The position numbers were made by a program, and so were the translations under genes. The notes beneath the pieces were generated by a model that did no database searches, had not been told where the DNA came from, and was given only the letters and a program-made list of their open reading frames with translations. 64,000 nt of DNA from an uncultured Candidatus Saccharibacteria bacterium (GTDB lineage: Bacteria; Patescibacteriota; Saccharimonadia; Saccharimonadales; Saccharimonadaceae), in contig CALISR010000008.1 in assembly GCA_938041435.1 (NCBI GenBank), positions 5,100 to 69,099 of the forward strand, read 5' to 3'. Within the stretch, counting starts at the first letter, position 1. Each line of letters starts with the position of its first letter. Below are positions 9,468 through 19,149 of the stretch, piece after piece.

Positions 9468-11408
9468 TTACAACAGCGACTGCGGGTCGATATCTACCTG
9501 CCAATGCTTGGCAGGCACGTCGGCAGCAAGAGCGAGGAGGTCGCGGCGTTGGGTGGCTTTGATGATAAGCTGCCAGCGGTAGGTATCGCGCAGCCGCTCG
9601 TGGAAGGCGGGTGTGGGGCCAAGAATGCTGACCGCGGGGTGGTGCTGGCGAATCTGCTGAGCGAGTGCTTGGCTATTGCGGATGGCGGCTGCCTCCGTCT
9701 TGTATACGCAAGTGAGCTTAAGCAGGTGGACGAAGGGTGGGAACTGCCCACGGCGGCGCTCGGCCAAGGCTTGGTGATAAAACGCAGTATAATCCTGAGC
9801 CAGGCCAGCCTGAATCACTGGGTGCTGCGGCTGATATGCTTGCACGACCACTGTAGTGGCGTGAGCAGAGCGCCCCACTCGCCCCACCACTTGAGCAAGC
9901 AGCTCGAAGATGCGCTCGTTGGTGGTGTAATCGGGCAAAGCCAGGCCAGCATCGGCTTGGATCACCCCAACGGTGCGTAGCTGCGGCAGGTCGAGCCCCT
10001 TAGCTACCACCTGCGTGCCAATGATAATATTGGCCGCGCCATCATAGAGGGCTTGGTATTGCTGCTCCAGGCTGCTTGTGCCGCTGCTGTCGCCATCAAA
10101 GCGAACAATACGCGCCTGGGGCCAGCGCGCTGCCACCTCTGCCTCGATGAGTTTTGTTCCAATCCCGCGGTGGACAATATCGGTGCTGTGGCAGGTGGGG
10201 CACATCGTTGGTACTGTGGTGTGGTAGCCGCAGATGTGGCACTGCAGTTGGTGGCGGTCGGCGTGGAGGGTGAGGGGAACAAAGCAGCGTGGGCACTCGG
10301 CTGCCCAGCCGCAGTTGGTGCAGAGCGATACATTGGCGCTGCCACGGCGGTTATGAAAAAGCAGGACCTGCTGACCCGCCGCAAGTGTGGTATCGATAGC
10401 GGTGATGAGCTGATTTGACAAAAAGCGATGCTGGGTGAGGTTGCTCCGCTGGGTGAGGTCGACCAGCTGAATGGTGGGGGTGGTGGCCTCGGGCCGAGCT
10501 TTGCTTGGTAGGGTAGCGATCGGCCGCTTGGCCTTTTGCGCCAAATAATACTCGCTGACCAGTGGCGTGGCCGACCCTTGCACTACGGTCGCACCATGCT
10601 GTTGAGCCAGTACACTCGCGGCCCGCAGCGCCGAGTAGCGGGGGGATTTATCTTGCTTGTAGCTGGCCTCATGTGCTTCGTCGATGATGATATGCCCCAG
10701 CTGCTGCAGCGGCAAGAAGAGGGCAGAGCGTGGGCCAATTGCCACCCGAGGCTGTGTACTTGTCAGAGCGGTTAGCCAGGCACGGTGGCGCTCGGCCTCT
10801 GTCTGGCGCGAATGGGTGAGGATGATATCGGCAAAGTGTTGTCGAAACTCCGCCACCAGCTGGGGCGTGAGGGCGATCTCTGGCACGAGGACAATCACCG
10901 ACTGGCCTGCAGCCAAAGCGTGGCGCGCAAGCTCGATATACACTGCCGTCTTGCCGCTACCTGTCACACCGTGAAGCAGTACTGTGCCAGGGCTGGCTTG
11001 GCGAATGGTGCGAACGGCCTCCTCCTGCTGTGGATTGAGTGAGAAGGGAGGCGTGCAGCGCTGTGGTGGTGAGCTGGCAGGGCGGCGCGGCGTGCGGCGC
11101 TGCTTGGTGATGCCAGCTGGTAACACTGTCTGTAGCACGGTAGCGAGGTGTGTGGCATAATAATCGCTCAGCCATTGGCTCGTCGCTAATAGGGGAGCAG
11201 GCAGCGGTGGCAGTGGCACGATGGCATCAAGCGGCTTGGTCGTATATGTCGGCTTTCTGGCGCGCGTTATGATGATGCCTACCACTTGCTGCGCACCAAC
11301 GCTCACTTGCACCACCTGGCCCAGCGGTAATGCTTCTGGCCAGTGATAGGTGAAGCTCTTGCTGGTAGCGCGGATAATCTTGAGCGGCGCAACTTCGTAA
11401 TAGTGCAT
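9468..11408 (-). CDS. priA: Primosomal protein N'
   Basis: LHGVTGSGKT, LVPEIALTPQL, DEAH, SATP, four CxxC pairs, GTQVVAKGLD, QVVGRVGR. Confidence 0.96.
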   Translation of the reverse strand: MHYYEVAPLKIIRATSKSFTYHWPEALPLGQVVQVSVGAQQVVGIIITRARKPTYTTKPLDAIVPLPPLPAPLLATSQWLSDYYATHLATVLQTVLPAGITKQRRTPRRPASSPPQRCTPPFSLNPQQEEAVRTIRQASPGTVLLHGVTGSGKTAVYIELARHALAAGQSVIVLVPEIALTPQLVAEFRQHFADIILTHSRQTEAERHRAWLTALTSTQPRVAIGPRSALFLPLQQLGHIIIDEAHEASYKQDKSPRYSALRAASVLAQQHGATVVQGSATPLVSEYYLAQKAKRPIATLPSKARPEATTPTIQLVDLTQRSNLTQHRFLSNQLITAIDTTLAAGQQVLLFHNRRGSANVSLCTNCGWAAECPRCFVPLTLHADRHQLQCHICGYHTTVPTMCPTCHSTDIVHRGIGTKLIEAEVAARWPQARIVRFDGDSSGTSSLEQQYQALYDGAANIIIGTQVVAKGLDLPQLRTVGVIQADAGLALPDYTTNERIFELLAQVVGRVGRSAHATTVVVQAYQPQHPVIQAGLAQDYTAFYHQALAERRRGQFPPFVHLLKLTCVYKTEAAAIRNSQALAQQIRQHHPAVSILGPTPAFHERLRDTYRWQLIIKATQRRDLLALAADVPAKHWQVDIDPQSLL

Positions 11409-11696
11409 AGGATTTATTATACCCGACAGCAAGCGAGAGTGCAGAAGGGCTCGTCTCTCCGTCGCTACTTCATCTGGGTGGCGTGCAAAACATGCACATC
11501 AATCTTGCTCGCCCTGCCCAAAGCTGGTATGATAAGGGCTAGGCACGTGTGCCAGGTGGATGGTAAATCAGCAACGGTTGCGACAAAATGTGCACAAGCG
11601 CCGATGGGTGGTCTTGCCAAATTGCCATCAAAAAGTGTAGAATAAAAAGCAACAGTTGAGTAGAGGTAACGGAAGCGAGAATTCGCTAAGGGAAGC

Positions 11697-11999
11697 ATGT
11701 TAGAAACGTTTATTACATCACGGGTGCGGCGCAAAATCATTGTGGTCTATGCTAAGTATCCGGAGTTCCACACCCATGTCCGCGGCTTGGCGAAGTTGAT
11801 CAAAGAAGACCCGGGCAACATCCAGCGCGAGCTCAAGAATCTCGAGAAAGCTGGTTTTTTGATGGCCGAAAAACAGGGTAATACCAAAATGTATTACACG
11901 AACAAACAATATATCTTCTTCAAAGAATTGCAGAGCATGGTGATCAAATCCTCGCAGCAGCAAAAGGGTCAGCAAGCGGCGGATACTGTGCAGCTCTGA
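11697..11999 (+). CDS. Winged-helix (ArsR-like) DNA-binding protein
   Basis: SRVRRKII..HVRGLAKLIKEDPGNIQRELKNLEKAGFL..GNTKMYY; stop overlaps the recJ start. Confidence 0.8.
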   Translation: MLETFITSRVRRKIIVVYAKYPEFHTHVRGLAKLIKEDPGNIQRELKNLEKAGFLMAEKQGNTKMYYTNKQYIFFKELQSMVIKSSQQQKGQQAADTVQL

Positions 12000-13636
12000 T
12001 GAGTTTGTTTGCGCAGATATTGGCAGCGCGGGGCTTGCATGGAGCAGCCGCTGAGGAGTTCTTACACCCCGATTATGATGCTAAGCCCGATCCATTCTTG
12101 CTTTCCCAGATGCAGACGGCGGTGGATCGCTTGGTGCAGGCGCACCAACGGCGCGAAACAATTGTGATTTATGGCGATTATGATATCGACGGCCTCAGTG
12201 CGACGGCACTGCTGCTTGATGCCTTTGCGAGCTTTGGCTTTGCCGCGGTGGAAGCCTTTATTCCCAATCGCTTCGTAGAGGGTTATGGTATGACTAAAGG
12301 TGCGGTGGACAAGGTAGCGGCGATGGGGGCGCAGCTCATCGTCACGGTGGACTGTGGCAGCCTCTGCCATGAGGAAATTGCCTATGCCAAGGAGCGTTAC
12401 GACATTGACACAGTGGTGACTGACCACCACAACATAGCACCGACTCGCCCACCCGCCATCGCCACGGTTAATCCGAAGTATGACGACCACCATTATCCCT
12501 TCCGTGACCTCTGTGGGGCGGGCGTGGCCTTTAAGCTTGTCCAGGCGCTGCAGACGGTGCTTCGGGGCTTGCCAGCTGGCTACGAGAAGTGGCTGCTGGA
12601 CTTAGTAGCGCTGGGTACGGTGTGCGACATAGTATCGCTGCAGAGTGAGAACCGCACCAATGTCTACTGGGGGCTCGAGGTGCTGAAGAAGCAGCGCCGC
12701 CCTGGCCTCAAGGCACTGCTGGCGGTGGCTGGTGTGCAGCCAGCCCAGATTACCGCTCGGACGCTCGGTTTTGGTCTTGGCCCGCGTATGAATGCGGCAG
12801 GACGATTGGCATCGGCTGAGTATGCTCTCGATATGCTGCGAGCGCGCGATGGTTTGGCGGCGCTTGAGGCGGCTCAGCGGCTCGATAGCTTCAATACCGA
12901 GCGCAAAGCCATCCAACAGGCCATCTACGACGAAGCTTGCCAGCAGGCCGAGCGCTATGCCGCCGATCCCGTCCTCGTTGTGAGCCAGCAGGGATGGAAC
13001 CATGGCGTGATTGGGATTGTGGCATCCAAACTGGTAGAGGCGTATCACAAGCCGGTCTTCATCATTGGTGAGCGAGGTGAGACAGCAACGGGCAGTGCAC
13101 GCAGCTTTGGCGATTTTAGCGCCGCCGATGCCGTGCGTGCCGCCGATGATGTCATTCTGCGTGGCGGTGGCCATGCGGCCGCAGCCGGTGTGACGCTCGA
13201 GACGCGGCAGATCGGCGCCTTTCGCCAGCGAGTGAATGACTACTACCGCTCACTCCATCTCTCCGACCAAACACACTACCTCTTGCCGCAGGCTGATGTG
13301 ATGATTGATGATTTATCAGAGGTAACAGAGCAGCTGGTGGCCGATATTGCCCGCCTTGAACCCTTTGGCAATGGTAACCCAGAGCTTGTTTTGCAGCTGC
13401 GCCGCGGCACCGTCTCGCAGGTGCGCCACATGGGTAGCGATGGGCAGCACATCAAGCTTACTGTACAGGATGGGCAAGGTACAGCGCTGCAACTATTAGC
13501 CTTCAACGCACCACCGAACTTCGTACGCCAGCCGGGCGATGTCATTTCGGCTTGGTTTCAGCCAACTATCAACGACTGGCGTGGCATGCGCAGCGTAGAG
13601 GGGCGGCTGCTCCATGTAGAGCTGGTGGATGAGTAG
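11999..13636 (+). CDS. recJ: ssDNA-specific exonuclease RecJ
   Basis: YGDYDIDG, PNRFVEGYG, TVDCG, TDHH, PRMNAAGR, GSARS, GGGHAAAAG, LEPFGNGNP. Confidence 0.96.
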   Translation: MSLFAQILAARGLHGAAAEEFLHPDYDAKPDPFLLSQMQTAVDRLVQAHQRRETIVIYGDYDIDGLSATALLLDAFASFGFAAVEAFIPNRFVEGYGMTKGAVDKVAAMGAQLIVTVDCGSLCHEEIAYAKERYDIDTVVTDHHNIAPTRPPAIATVNPKYDDHHYPFRDLCGAGVAFKLVQALQTVLRGLPAGYEKWLLDLVALGTVCDIVSLQSENRTNVYWGLEVLKKQRRPGLKALLAVAGVQPAQITARTLGFGLGPRMNAAGRLASAEYALDMLRARDGLAALEAAQRLDSFNTERKAIQQAIYDEACQQAERYAADPVLVVSQQGWNHGVIGIVASKLVEAYHKPVFIIGERGETATGSARSFGDFSAADAVRAADDVILRGGGHAAAAGVTLETRQIGAFRQRVNDYYRSLHLSDQTHYLLPQADVMIDDLSEVTEQLVADIARLEPFGNGNPELVLQLRRGTVSQVRHMGSDGQHIKLTVQDGQGTALQLLAFNAPPNFVRQPGDVISAWFQPTINDWRGMRSVEGRLLHVELVDE

Positions 13637-13803
13637 CGTCGCATAGCTGGTAATACTTGATGTACAGAATGTATAAAGCCAAAGATTTTAATTATTCTAA
13701 AGCACACTCTTGTTTGAGGGTGTTTTTCTTGAGAGTTGGCGGTGAGGTTTTGAAGGCAGGGTAGCGTAGTTTGCAATAAAACCTCTCCCATTGCATAAAT
13801 ATA

Positions 13804-13832
13804 TTGACAAATCGAGAGAGAGAGAGCAATAT
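13804..13832 (+). promoter_or_regulatory. Putative promoter with G(AG)6 tract in spacer
   Basis: TTGACA-aatcgagagagagagag (17 bp)-CAATAT. Confidence 0.55.
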
Positions 13833-13869
13833 GGGTTCTTATCAATTATAACGATAGGAACCACCACTC

Positions 13870-14439
13870 ATGCACGAGCGCACCGCAATATCGACACACG
13901 ATGCCAAACCAGCTATACTACCACCAGAACTAACCCAGGAGACCGACGCAGTGCCACCCCTCTACCTCGATACCAGTACGCTCGACTTTAGCGCCATTAC
14001 CGACACCTACACCAAAATTGCCGGCCCAGCCAAAGCGGTGCGGCCGGAGTTTGCTACCGAGCGGCAGGCCCTAACTACCAGCTTCGCACGGGCGGATGGC
14101 CAGCAGTATATAGAGACGGAGAATATTGCCGAGGTGGGCGATGCCATCATCACTGGGCCAGAGGGCGAGCGCTATAGCATCCCGGCGGCGGATTTTGCTG
14201 CCCTGTACGAGCCGCTGCGTGCTGCGGACGGTGCAGTGGTGCCTGGCGCGTACCTGCCCAAGAATCAGATCAAAGCCATGCCCAACCCAACTGGCCGCGA
14301 AATCGTCATCGATGCACCGTGGGGCGGCCAGCAGCACGGCGAAGCAGATTGCTGGCTGGTGGAGAGCCAGGTCAATGGCAGTCGCTACATCATCGAGGCA
14401 GCTGCCTTTGCTCAGACATATCGGCTGAGTGAGCAGTAG
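13870..14439 (+). CDS. Hypothetical protein (PGDYG-like fold)
   Basis: Two similar units: GDAIITGPEGERYSI..FAALY and GSRYIIEAAAFAQTY. Confidence 0.65.
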   Translation: MHERTAISTHDAKPAILPPELTQETDAVPPLYLDTSTLDFSAITDTYTKIAGPAKAVRPEFATERQALTTSFARADGQQYIETENIAEVGDAIITGPEGERYSIPAADFAALYEPLRAADGAVVPGAYLPKNQIKAMPNPTGREIVIDAPWGGQQHGEADCWLVESQVNGSRYIIEAAAFAQTYRLSEQ

Positions 14440-14523
14440 AGAAGGCGCGCTCATTTATCGCTAAGTGTGCCGATTATTAACAGGAGTCAATAGTGACTGG
14501 CTCCTTTGCCTTGTGTAGCGTTT

Positions 14524-15057
14524 TTAGTAATAACCGCTTGGTGGTGTTTGGCGCCGTGGGTCGTAAAGATCAATATCGGAGTGGTAGCGGCGCTCAAGAT
14601 AATTCATATTATCCCAAGTGTTTGATGCTTCAAGTGTAATATTGATTTTCCACATTGCTGTCCAAAGTGTCACCTTGACGCCATTGTCAAAGTACCATTC
14701 GATGCATGCCATATCTTCCTCACGCTCTATTTCTGTTCCTTCGCCATACTGCGAGGTGAGAGCTGCTTCGTATGCGTCAAAGGTATTCCAGGGTAACTCA
14801 TAATACTGATCGTCATAATATAGATCACCATCGCTATCATCACCGTTCTCAAGATCTGCAAGTGATATATCAACAGAGGTTAGAATATTATGAGTAAAGC
14901 TGAGTGTACTTTCGGGGTGGCCTGCCTGGCATGCTGTTATTTCGCTCTGTGACTGTGGCCACTTACTGGTCAAGTCAGTCACAGCTTGTAGCATCGTCTC
15001 AACAGATGCAGTGCGATATGTGTAGGGGTGTGGTAGAGTTGGTGTGTCGTCTGACAT
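14524..15057 (-). CDS. Acidic hypothetical protein
   Basis: 177-aa D/E/Y/W-rich ORF with AAGG RBS; lower GC than core genes. Confidence 0.7.
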   Translation of the reverse strand: MSDDTPTLPHPYTYRTASVETMLQAVTDLTSKWPQSQSEITACQAGHPESTLSFTHNILTSVDISLADLENGDDSDGDLYYDDQYYELPWNTFDAYEAALTSQYGEGTEIEREEDMACIEWYFDNGVKVTLWTAMWKINITLEASNTWDNMNYLERRYHSDIDLYDPRRQTPPSGYY

Positions 15058-15193
15058 GGTGTTTCCTTGCCTTAGATTCCTTATCAGCCAGTGTAGCAAA
15101 TGCTTCGATTTGCGCCAACCCGATCATCTGTGCTATAGTAGGGGGCAAACAAACCATCAACAGAACATCCACCACATAACCACGGGAGACCCC

Positions 15194-15772
15194 ATGGAAA
15201 AACCTCGTTCGATAACATTAGAATCGCAAAAACCAGAAGAAGCGCTGCAGCCACTTGCTGCTGCATTGTTGGAGAGTGCTCAGTGGTGGCAGCTGAACAA
15301 AGCCGAGAAAATGACTGCTGAGGACGCACAAGAGTTGGCGAGCGCCCAGGCTGCCCGAGCGGAGCAATTAGTGCCATTCTTGCAAGAGTATGGTTATGAT
15401 GCGGATAATAAACCACAGCCAGCCAGCGAGCAGCTGGCCAACCGAGAGAGTGCGCTCTACCGCGACGCGCTTGCAGCGAGCTATATCCAAGAGCTTGAGG
15501 CTCAAGGGATAGAGCTGAGTGATGTCGAATTAGTTGCAAACGATGTACCTCTGTCGGATGAACTACCCAAGAGCGAGCAGCGCCGCTTGCTGCTGCCGAT
15601 TGAGCACGCTTTGCGGGCAGCGGAGCGCGAAAATAGAGAGGATGGCACACGTGCACCAGTGGTGGGGATTGGCCGAGCGGCCGTCAGACGGGGCAGTCGC
15701 CGTGAAGTTGGTGTAACGAGCTCATCAGACAAGAGCGCATGGTCGGAGGATGCTGAGGCTGTGGCAGCATAA
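15194..15772 (+). CDS. Hypothetical helical protein
   Basis: GGGAG RBS before MEKPRS; terminator follows at 15794-15820. Confidence 0.7.
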   Translation: MEKPRSITLESQKPEEALQPLAAALLESAQWWQLNKAEKMTAEDAQELASAQAARAEQLVPFLQEYGYDADNKPQPASEQLANRESALYRDALAASYIQELEAQGIELSDVELVANDVPLSDELPKSEQRRLLLPIEHALRAAERENREDGTRAPVVGIGRAAVRRGSRREVGVTSSSDKSAWSEDAEAVAA

Positions 15773-15793
15773 AACCCTATAAAAGCAAAGAAT

Positions 15794-15820
15794 AAAACCA
15801 GCTACAAAGGCTGGTTTTTT
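15794..15820 (+). terminator. Rho-independent terminator
   Basis: AAAACCAGC-tacaaag-GCTGGTTTTTT. Confidence 0.7.
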
Positions 15821-15959
15821 ACTACTTGTATTATTTGCAGATGGTGTGGCGTTGTACCAAAATTGTGAAAGATAGGAGATGAGAGGTGTAGTTCCACTCC
15901 ATGTAGCACATGAATCTCAAAACGATACACAACGAGAGGTCGGCACCAATATACGCCAA

Positions 15960-16036
15960 ACAAGAAAATATTCTAGAAGGCCAGCGACCAAGCAAGCGGA
16001 CAAACTCTGTGATATATTCTGGCCGGAACATTTTCG
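15960..16036. repeat. ~75-bp intergenic hairpin repeat, copy 2
   Basis: Near-identical to 9257-9330. Confidence 0.8.
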
Positions 16037-16322
16037 GTTTGGTGTGTATTGGTGCTAGCGTATTCGTGGGATTATGGGGTCAGATTTCGCATACACAAGA
16101 GGGGATAGACAGGAAGAATCTGAGCCGATGGATACATTGCGCTGCACCGGCGGTACTGTCCTCAGTCAGAATGCACCCATACTTCGCACCCTCGTATCAT
16201 ATCTCCACCTCTGTAATTATGCGCACAAATGTACTATGTTCCAAAATTAGACAAAATGGTTGTATAACTTTAGCAAGTACGCTACAATGGAGGCATGATG
16301 CAACAGGAAGGACCAAATCGCA

Positions 16323-17180
16323 ATGAGTTTTGAGGCAAGTATTAGGCAACTGCGTGGCAATGCGGGGCTTTCGCAGCAGGCGGTGGCCGATGCAGTTGGG
16401 ATTGCCCGCGCGACGTATATCAAGCTAGAGAATGGTGGTCGTGAGCCAAAGCTTGGCGAGCTGACGAAGATTAGCCAATACTACGAAGTTGGCGTGCAGG
16501 AATTGATTAGCGGCATTGCCATGACGGACACTGTTGCACAGCAAGCTCAGCACAGTCCGTGGCGGGTGGCGGACGATGCAGCACTGTATGTGAGCGATGC
16601 ACCAGCCGAATACCGCCACGATGATGCGCAGGGTGCCCAGCCTACGGCTGCTCAGTCGCGCGATGCCATCCCACGGCTCCATACCACCAAGCTACGCCAG
16701 GTGTTACTCTATACGCTGGGCAAGATTGGTGCGCGGCCCAATGTAGGCGAGGCGGTGCTGCATCGGCTGCTGTACTTTATCGATTTTGATTATTACGAGC
16801 GCACAGGCAAGAGCATTACTGGCCTGGCGTATCTGCACGAGACCTATGGGCCCGCGCCAGCTGCAGATTTGCAAGCTTTGGTCGATGAGATGCGGGCGCA
16901 TGATGAGCTGGATGTCATTGAGACGAAGCACTTTAGCCACAAGCAGCGCAAGTTCCTTCCGCTAAGGAACGCCGAGCTGAGCGAGCTCAGTGCCAACGAG
17001 ATCAAGCACATCGATGCCGAGCTAGAGCGCCTCGGGAGCAAGAGCGCTGCTGAACTGAGCAACCTTGCCTACAAAGATGCGCCATGGGTGATTGCGAAAT
17101 ATGGACAGACGATTGATTACCGCGACACGTTTTATCGGACGGACGTTACCTCTGTAATCGAGTCAGATGATGATCTATAA
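16323..17180 (+). CDS. XRE HTH + DUF4065 (Panacea/SocA-like) antitoxin-domain protein
   Basis: LSQQAVADAVGIARATYIKLENG HTH; KLRQVLLY..LHRLLYFIDFDYY..SITG..YGPAP; DAPW. Confidence 0.85.
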   Translation: MSFEASIRQLRGNAGLSQQAVADAVGIARATYIKLENGGREPKLGELTKISQYYEVGVQELISGIAMTDTVAQQAQHSPWRVADDAALYVSDAPAEYRHDDAQGAQPTAAQSRDAIPRLHTTKLRQVLLYTLGKIGARPNVGEAVLHRLLYFIDFDYYERTGKSITGLAYLHETYGPAPAADLQALVDEMRAHDELDVIETKHFSHKQRKFLPLRNAELSELSANEIKHIDAELERLGSKSAAELSNLAYKDAPWVIAKYGQTIDYRDTFYRTDVTSVIESDDDL

Positions 17181-17592
17181 GCAGGCAACAGAATTCTCGA
17201 GTGATCTTCAAGCGCTGGCACAGCGAATCCCCACACTGCCGGCCGATATTGAGCGCGTCAAGCCGCGGCTGATGCGCATTTTTGCTGAGCCAAGCGAGGC
17301 GGCGGTGGCAGATTTTCGCCAACAGCTCTTTGCGTGCGGCAAGGCGGCCATTATACAGCAAACTGCTCAGTGCACAGTAGTGCAGCTCTGTCTCGATACC
17401 GACACAGCAGCCTATCGACGGGCGGTGTGGTTGGTGTTTGCGGTGGTGCGAGCACTGTCTCGTGATGCAGCGGCGCGGGCTGCTCGGGCTGCCAGCACGA
17501 TTATCCTTATCGAAGTCTACGCCACCCCTGGTAAAGCGCATGGGGATGAGCGGCGTATCAAGCGAATTATGAGCAAATTGGAGGAAGCATAA
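17167..17592 (+). CDS. RelE/ParE-like toxin-fold protein (possibly degenerate)
   Basis: EFSSDLQALAQRIPTLPADI N-terminus and ILIEVY..K C-terminus; overlaps the antitoxin stop. Confidence 0.55.
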   Translation: MMIYKQATEFSSDLQALAQRIPTLPADIERVKPRLMRIFAEPSEAAVADFRQQLFACGKAAIIQQTAQCTVVQLCLDTDTAAYRRAVWLVFAVVRALSRDAAARAARAASTIILIEVYATPGKAHGDERRIKRIMSKLEEA

Positions 17593-17669
17593 TGTAGAGC
17601 AACAGGGTACTCACACTGGTCGAAAATAAGCTGCGTAGAAGAGAAGAGAGCCACGCATGGCTGATGGGG

Positions 17670-17698
17670 TTGACAAACAAGACGCGATTTGCTAGAGT
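17670..17698 (+). promoter_or_regulatory. Sigma70-type promoter with no downstream ORF
   Basis: TTGACA-17 bp-TAGAGT with TG extension. Confidence 0.6.
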
Positions 17699-17704
17699 AG
17701 TGTC

Positions 17705-17920
17705 CTTGGGTCTGGGGTATAGACAATACTACTCTTGTCTGGTCTACTGTCTTGTGACTGTGTGATACCACTGTTTTTTGCGCTCCGCTTTCTACCGCTT
17801 ATGCTTCCTCCGACCAAATACTCGCTCTAGGCTCCCAATATTAGAGCGAGTATTTGGGCTGAGGCATCCATACCTCTCGAGATGCGAGAGGCGCTCCATC
17901 AATGTGGCGCGCGGCGTAGC
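17705..17920 (+). ncRNA. Candidate structured ncRNA
   Basis: Follows a promoter; 16-bp perfect stem plus further hairpins; no ORF. Confidence 0.35.
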
Positions 17921-18009
17921 TACAAACAAAGCACCCGTTACAAACTATTCATAACAGTGTAGCATATTTGTTGCAATTTTGTGCAAAATAGGCAAATAAG
18001 TACCAGTCG

Positions 18010-18666
18010 CTAGCGATACATACCACTCTTGCGATTTTGCAAAAATAGCACAAGACTAACGACAAAGGCGATGGCATATACGGTGATGAAGAAGACATAG
18101 AGGCATAATGAGATGATTGCCTCATGAGAAGGGACATTCCAGAGGTTTGGTGCTATCACATGAGTTGGCGTGGTATAGTCTCCTCCAAGCATCCCGATTG
18201 TGGCGTGGGCAATCATCTCAAATAGGCTAACAATGAGCATGCCACCAGTAACGAATAGACCCTGCGACATACTGCTATCACCCTCCGTTTGCTCTGGTGC
18301 AACAATGAGCAGGATTGGCAGTATACCAAAGTTGGCATACACAACATAGCTGTATGCCGCGCCGAGAATACCAAAAATGGCGGCAATGACGATATACAAT
18401 ACCAACAGCGCAAAGAGCAGTCCGGCAGACACCCAGCGCATAACCGTACCAAATGATGAGCCAGTGCGCGGCATAGCAGTGGGCGAATAAGCTGGTGGCA
18501 TTGGTGCTGGCGCGCTTTGTGGTGGTTGAGGCGGGTACTGTGGGTATTGTCCGTATGGCTGCGGTGGTTGTTGCTGCTGGGGATATGGTTGCTGGACGTA
18601 TGGCTGAGGCTGCTGGGGTGGCTGTGGTTGTTGTGATTGCTGTGGGTATGGTGAGGAAGGTGTCAT
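18010..18666 (-). CDS. Membrane protein with P/Q/Y-rich N-terminal tail
   Basis: MTPSSPYPQQ.. repeats then about 4 TM helices. The upstream part of the 526-aa track ORF is antisense to rpsU/yqeY. Confidence 0.8.
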   Translation of the reverse strand: MTPSSPYPQQSQQPQPPQQPQPYVQQPYPQQQQPPQPYGQYPQYPPQPPQSAPAPMPPAYSPTAMPRTGSSFGTVMRWVSAGLLFALLVLYIVIAAIFGILGAAYSYVVYANFGILPILLIVAPEQTEGDSSMSQGLFVTGGMLIVSLFEMIAHATIGMLGGDYTTPTHVIAPNLWNVPSHEAIISLCLYVFFITVYAIAFVVSLVLFLQNRKSGMYR

Positions 18667-18933
18667 AGTAGATTGATTATAATACAGAGACAAGCGATGC
18701 GCCAAGCAAAAATAGCATAATAGCTCAGCCCTAGAGTATCGCTGTTGCTCATACCTCTCTGCGCGAGGGTGCAATTGTGCCGAGCTGCACGAGTTTTGGG
18801 GCTGTGCTAGCACCAGGGCGGTGAGGTGCAGCGTGCTTAGGGTGCTGGTTTTTGTAGGCGACATAGCAATTTGCGCAACTTTGCGTGCGATAGAATTGCA
18901 AAAATTGTCGCATCTGCTATAATGAGGAGCGAT

Positions 18934-19149
18934 ATGGTACAAGTAACACGAAAAGACGAGCGCGAGGCGAATGAGAACATCATCCGTCGGTTTAACAGCC
19001 GGGTGTTGAAGAGCGGTGTGCTGGCGAAGGCACGGGCGTCGATGCGATTTGCCAAGCCGATCAGCAAGACCGATCGCCGCAAGAAGGCGATTACCCGTCG
19101 TCAGCGCAAGGCTGACAAAATGGCCAAAGTTCGCCTGGGGATCCGCTAG
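18934..19149 (+). CDS. rpsU: 30S ribosomal protein S21
   Basis: MVQVTRKDEREANENIIRRFNSRV..RFAKP; GAGGAG RBS; upstream of yqeY. Confidence 0.85.
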   Translation: MVQVTRKDEREANENIIRRFNSRVLKSGVLAKARASMRFAKPISKTDRRKKAITRRQRKADKMAKVRLGIR

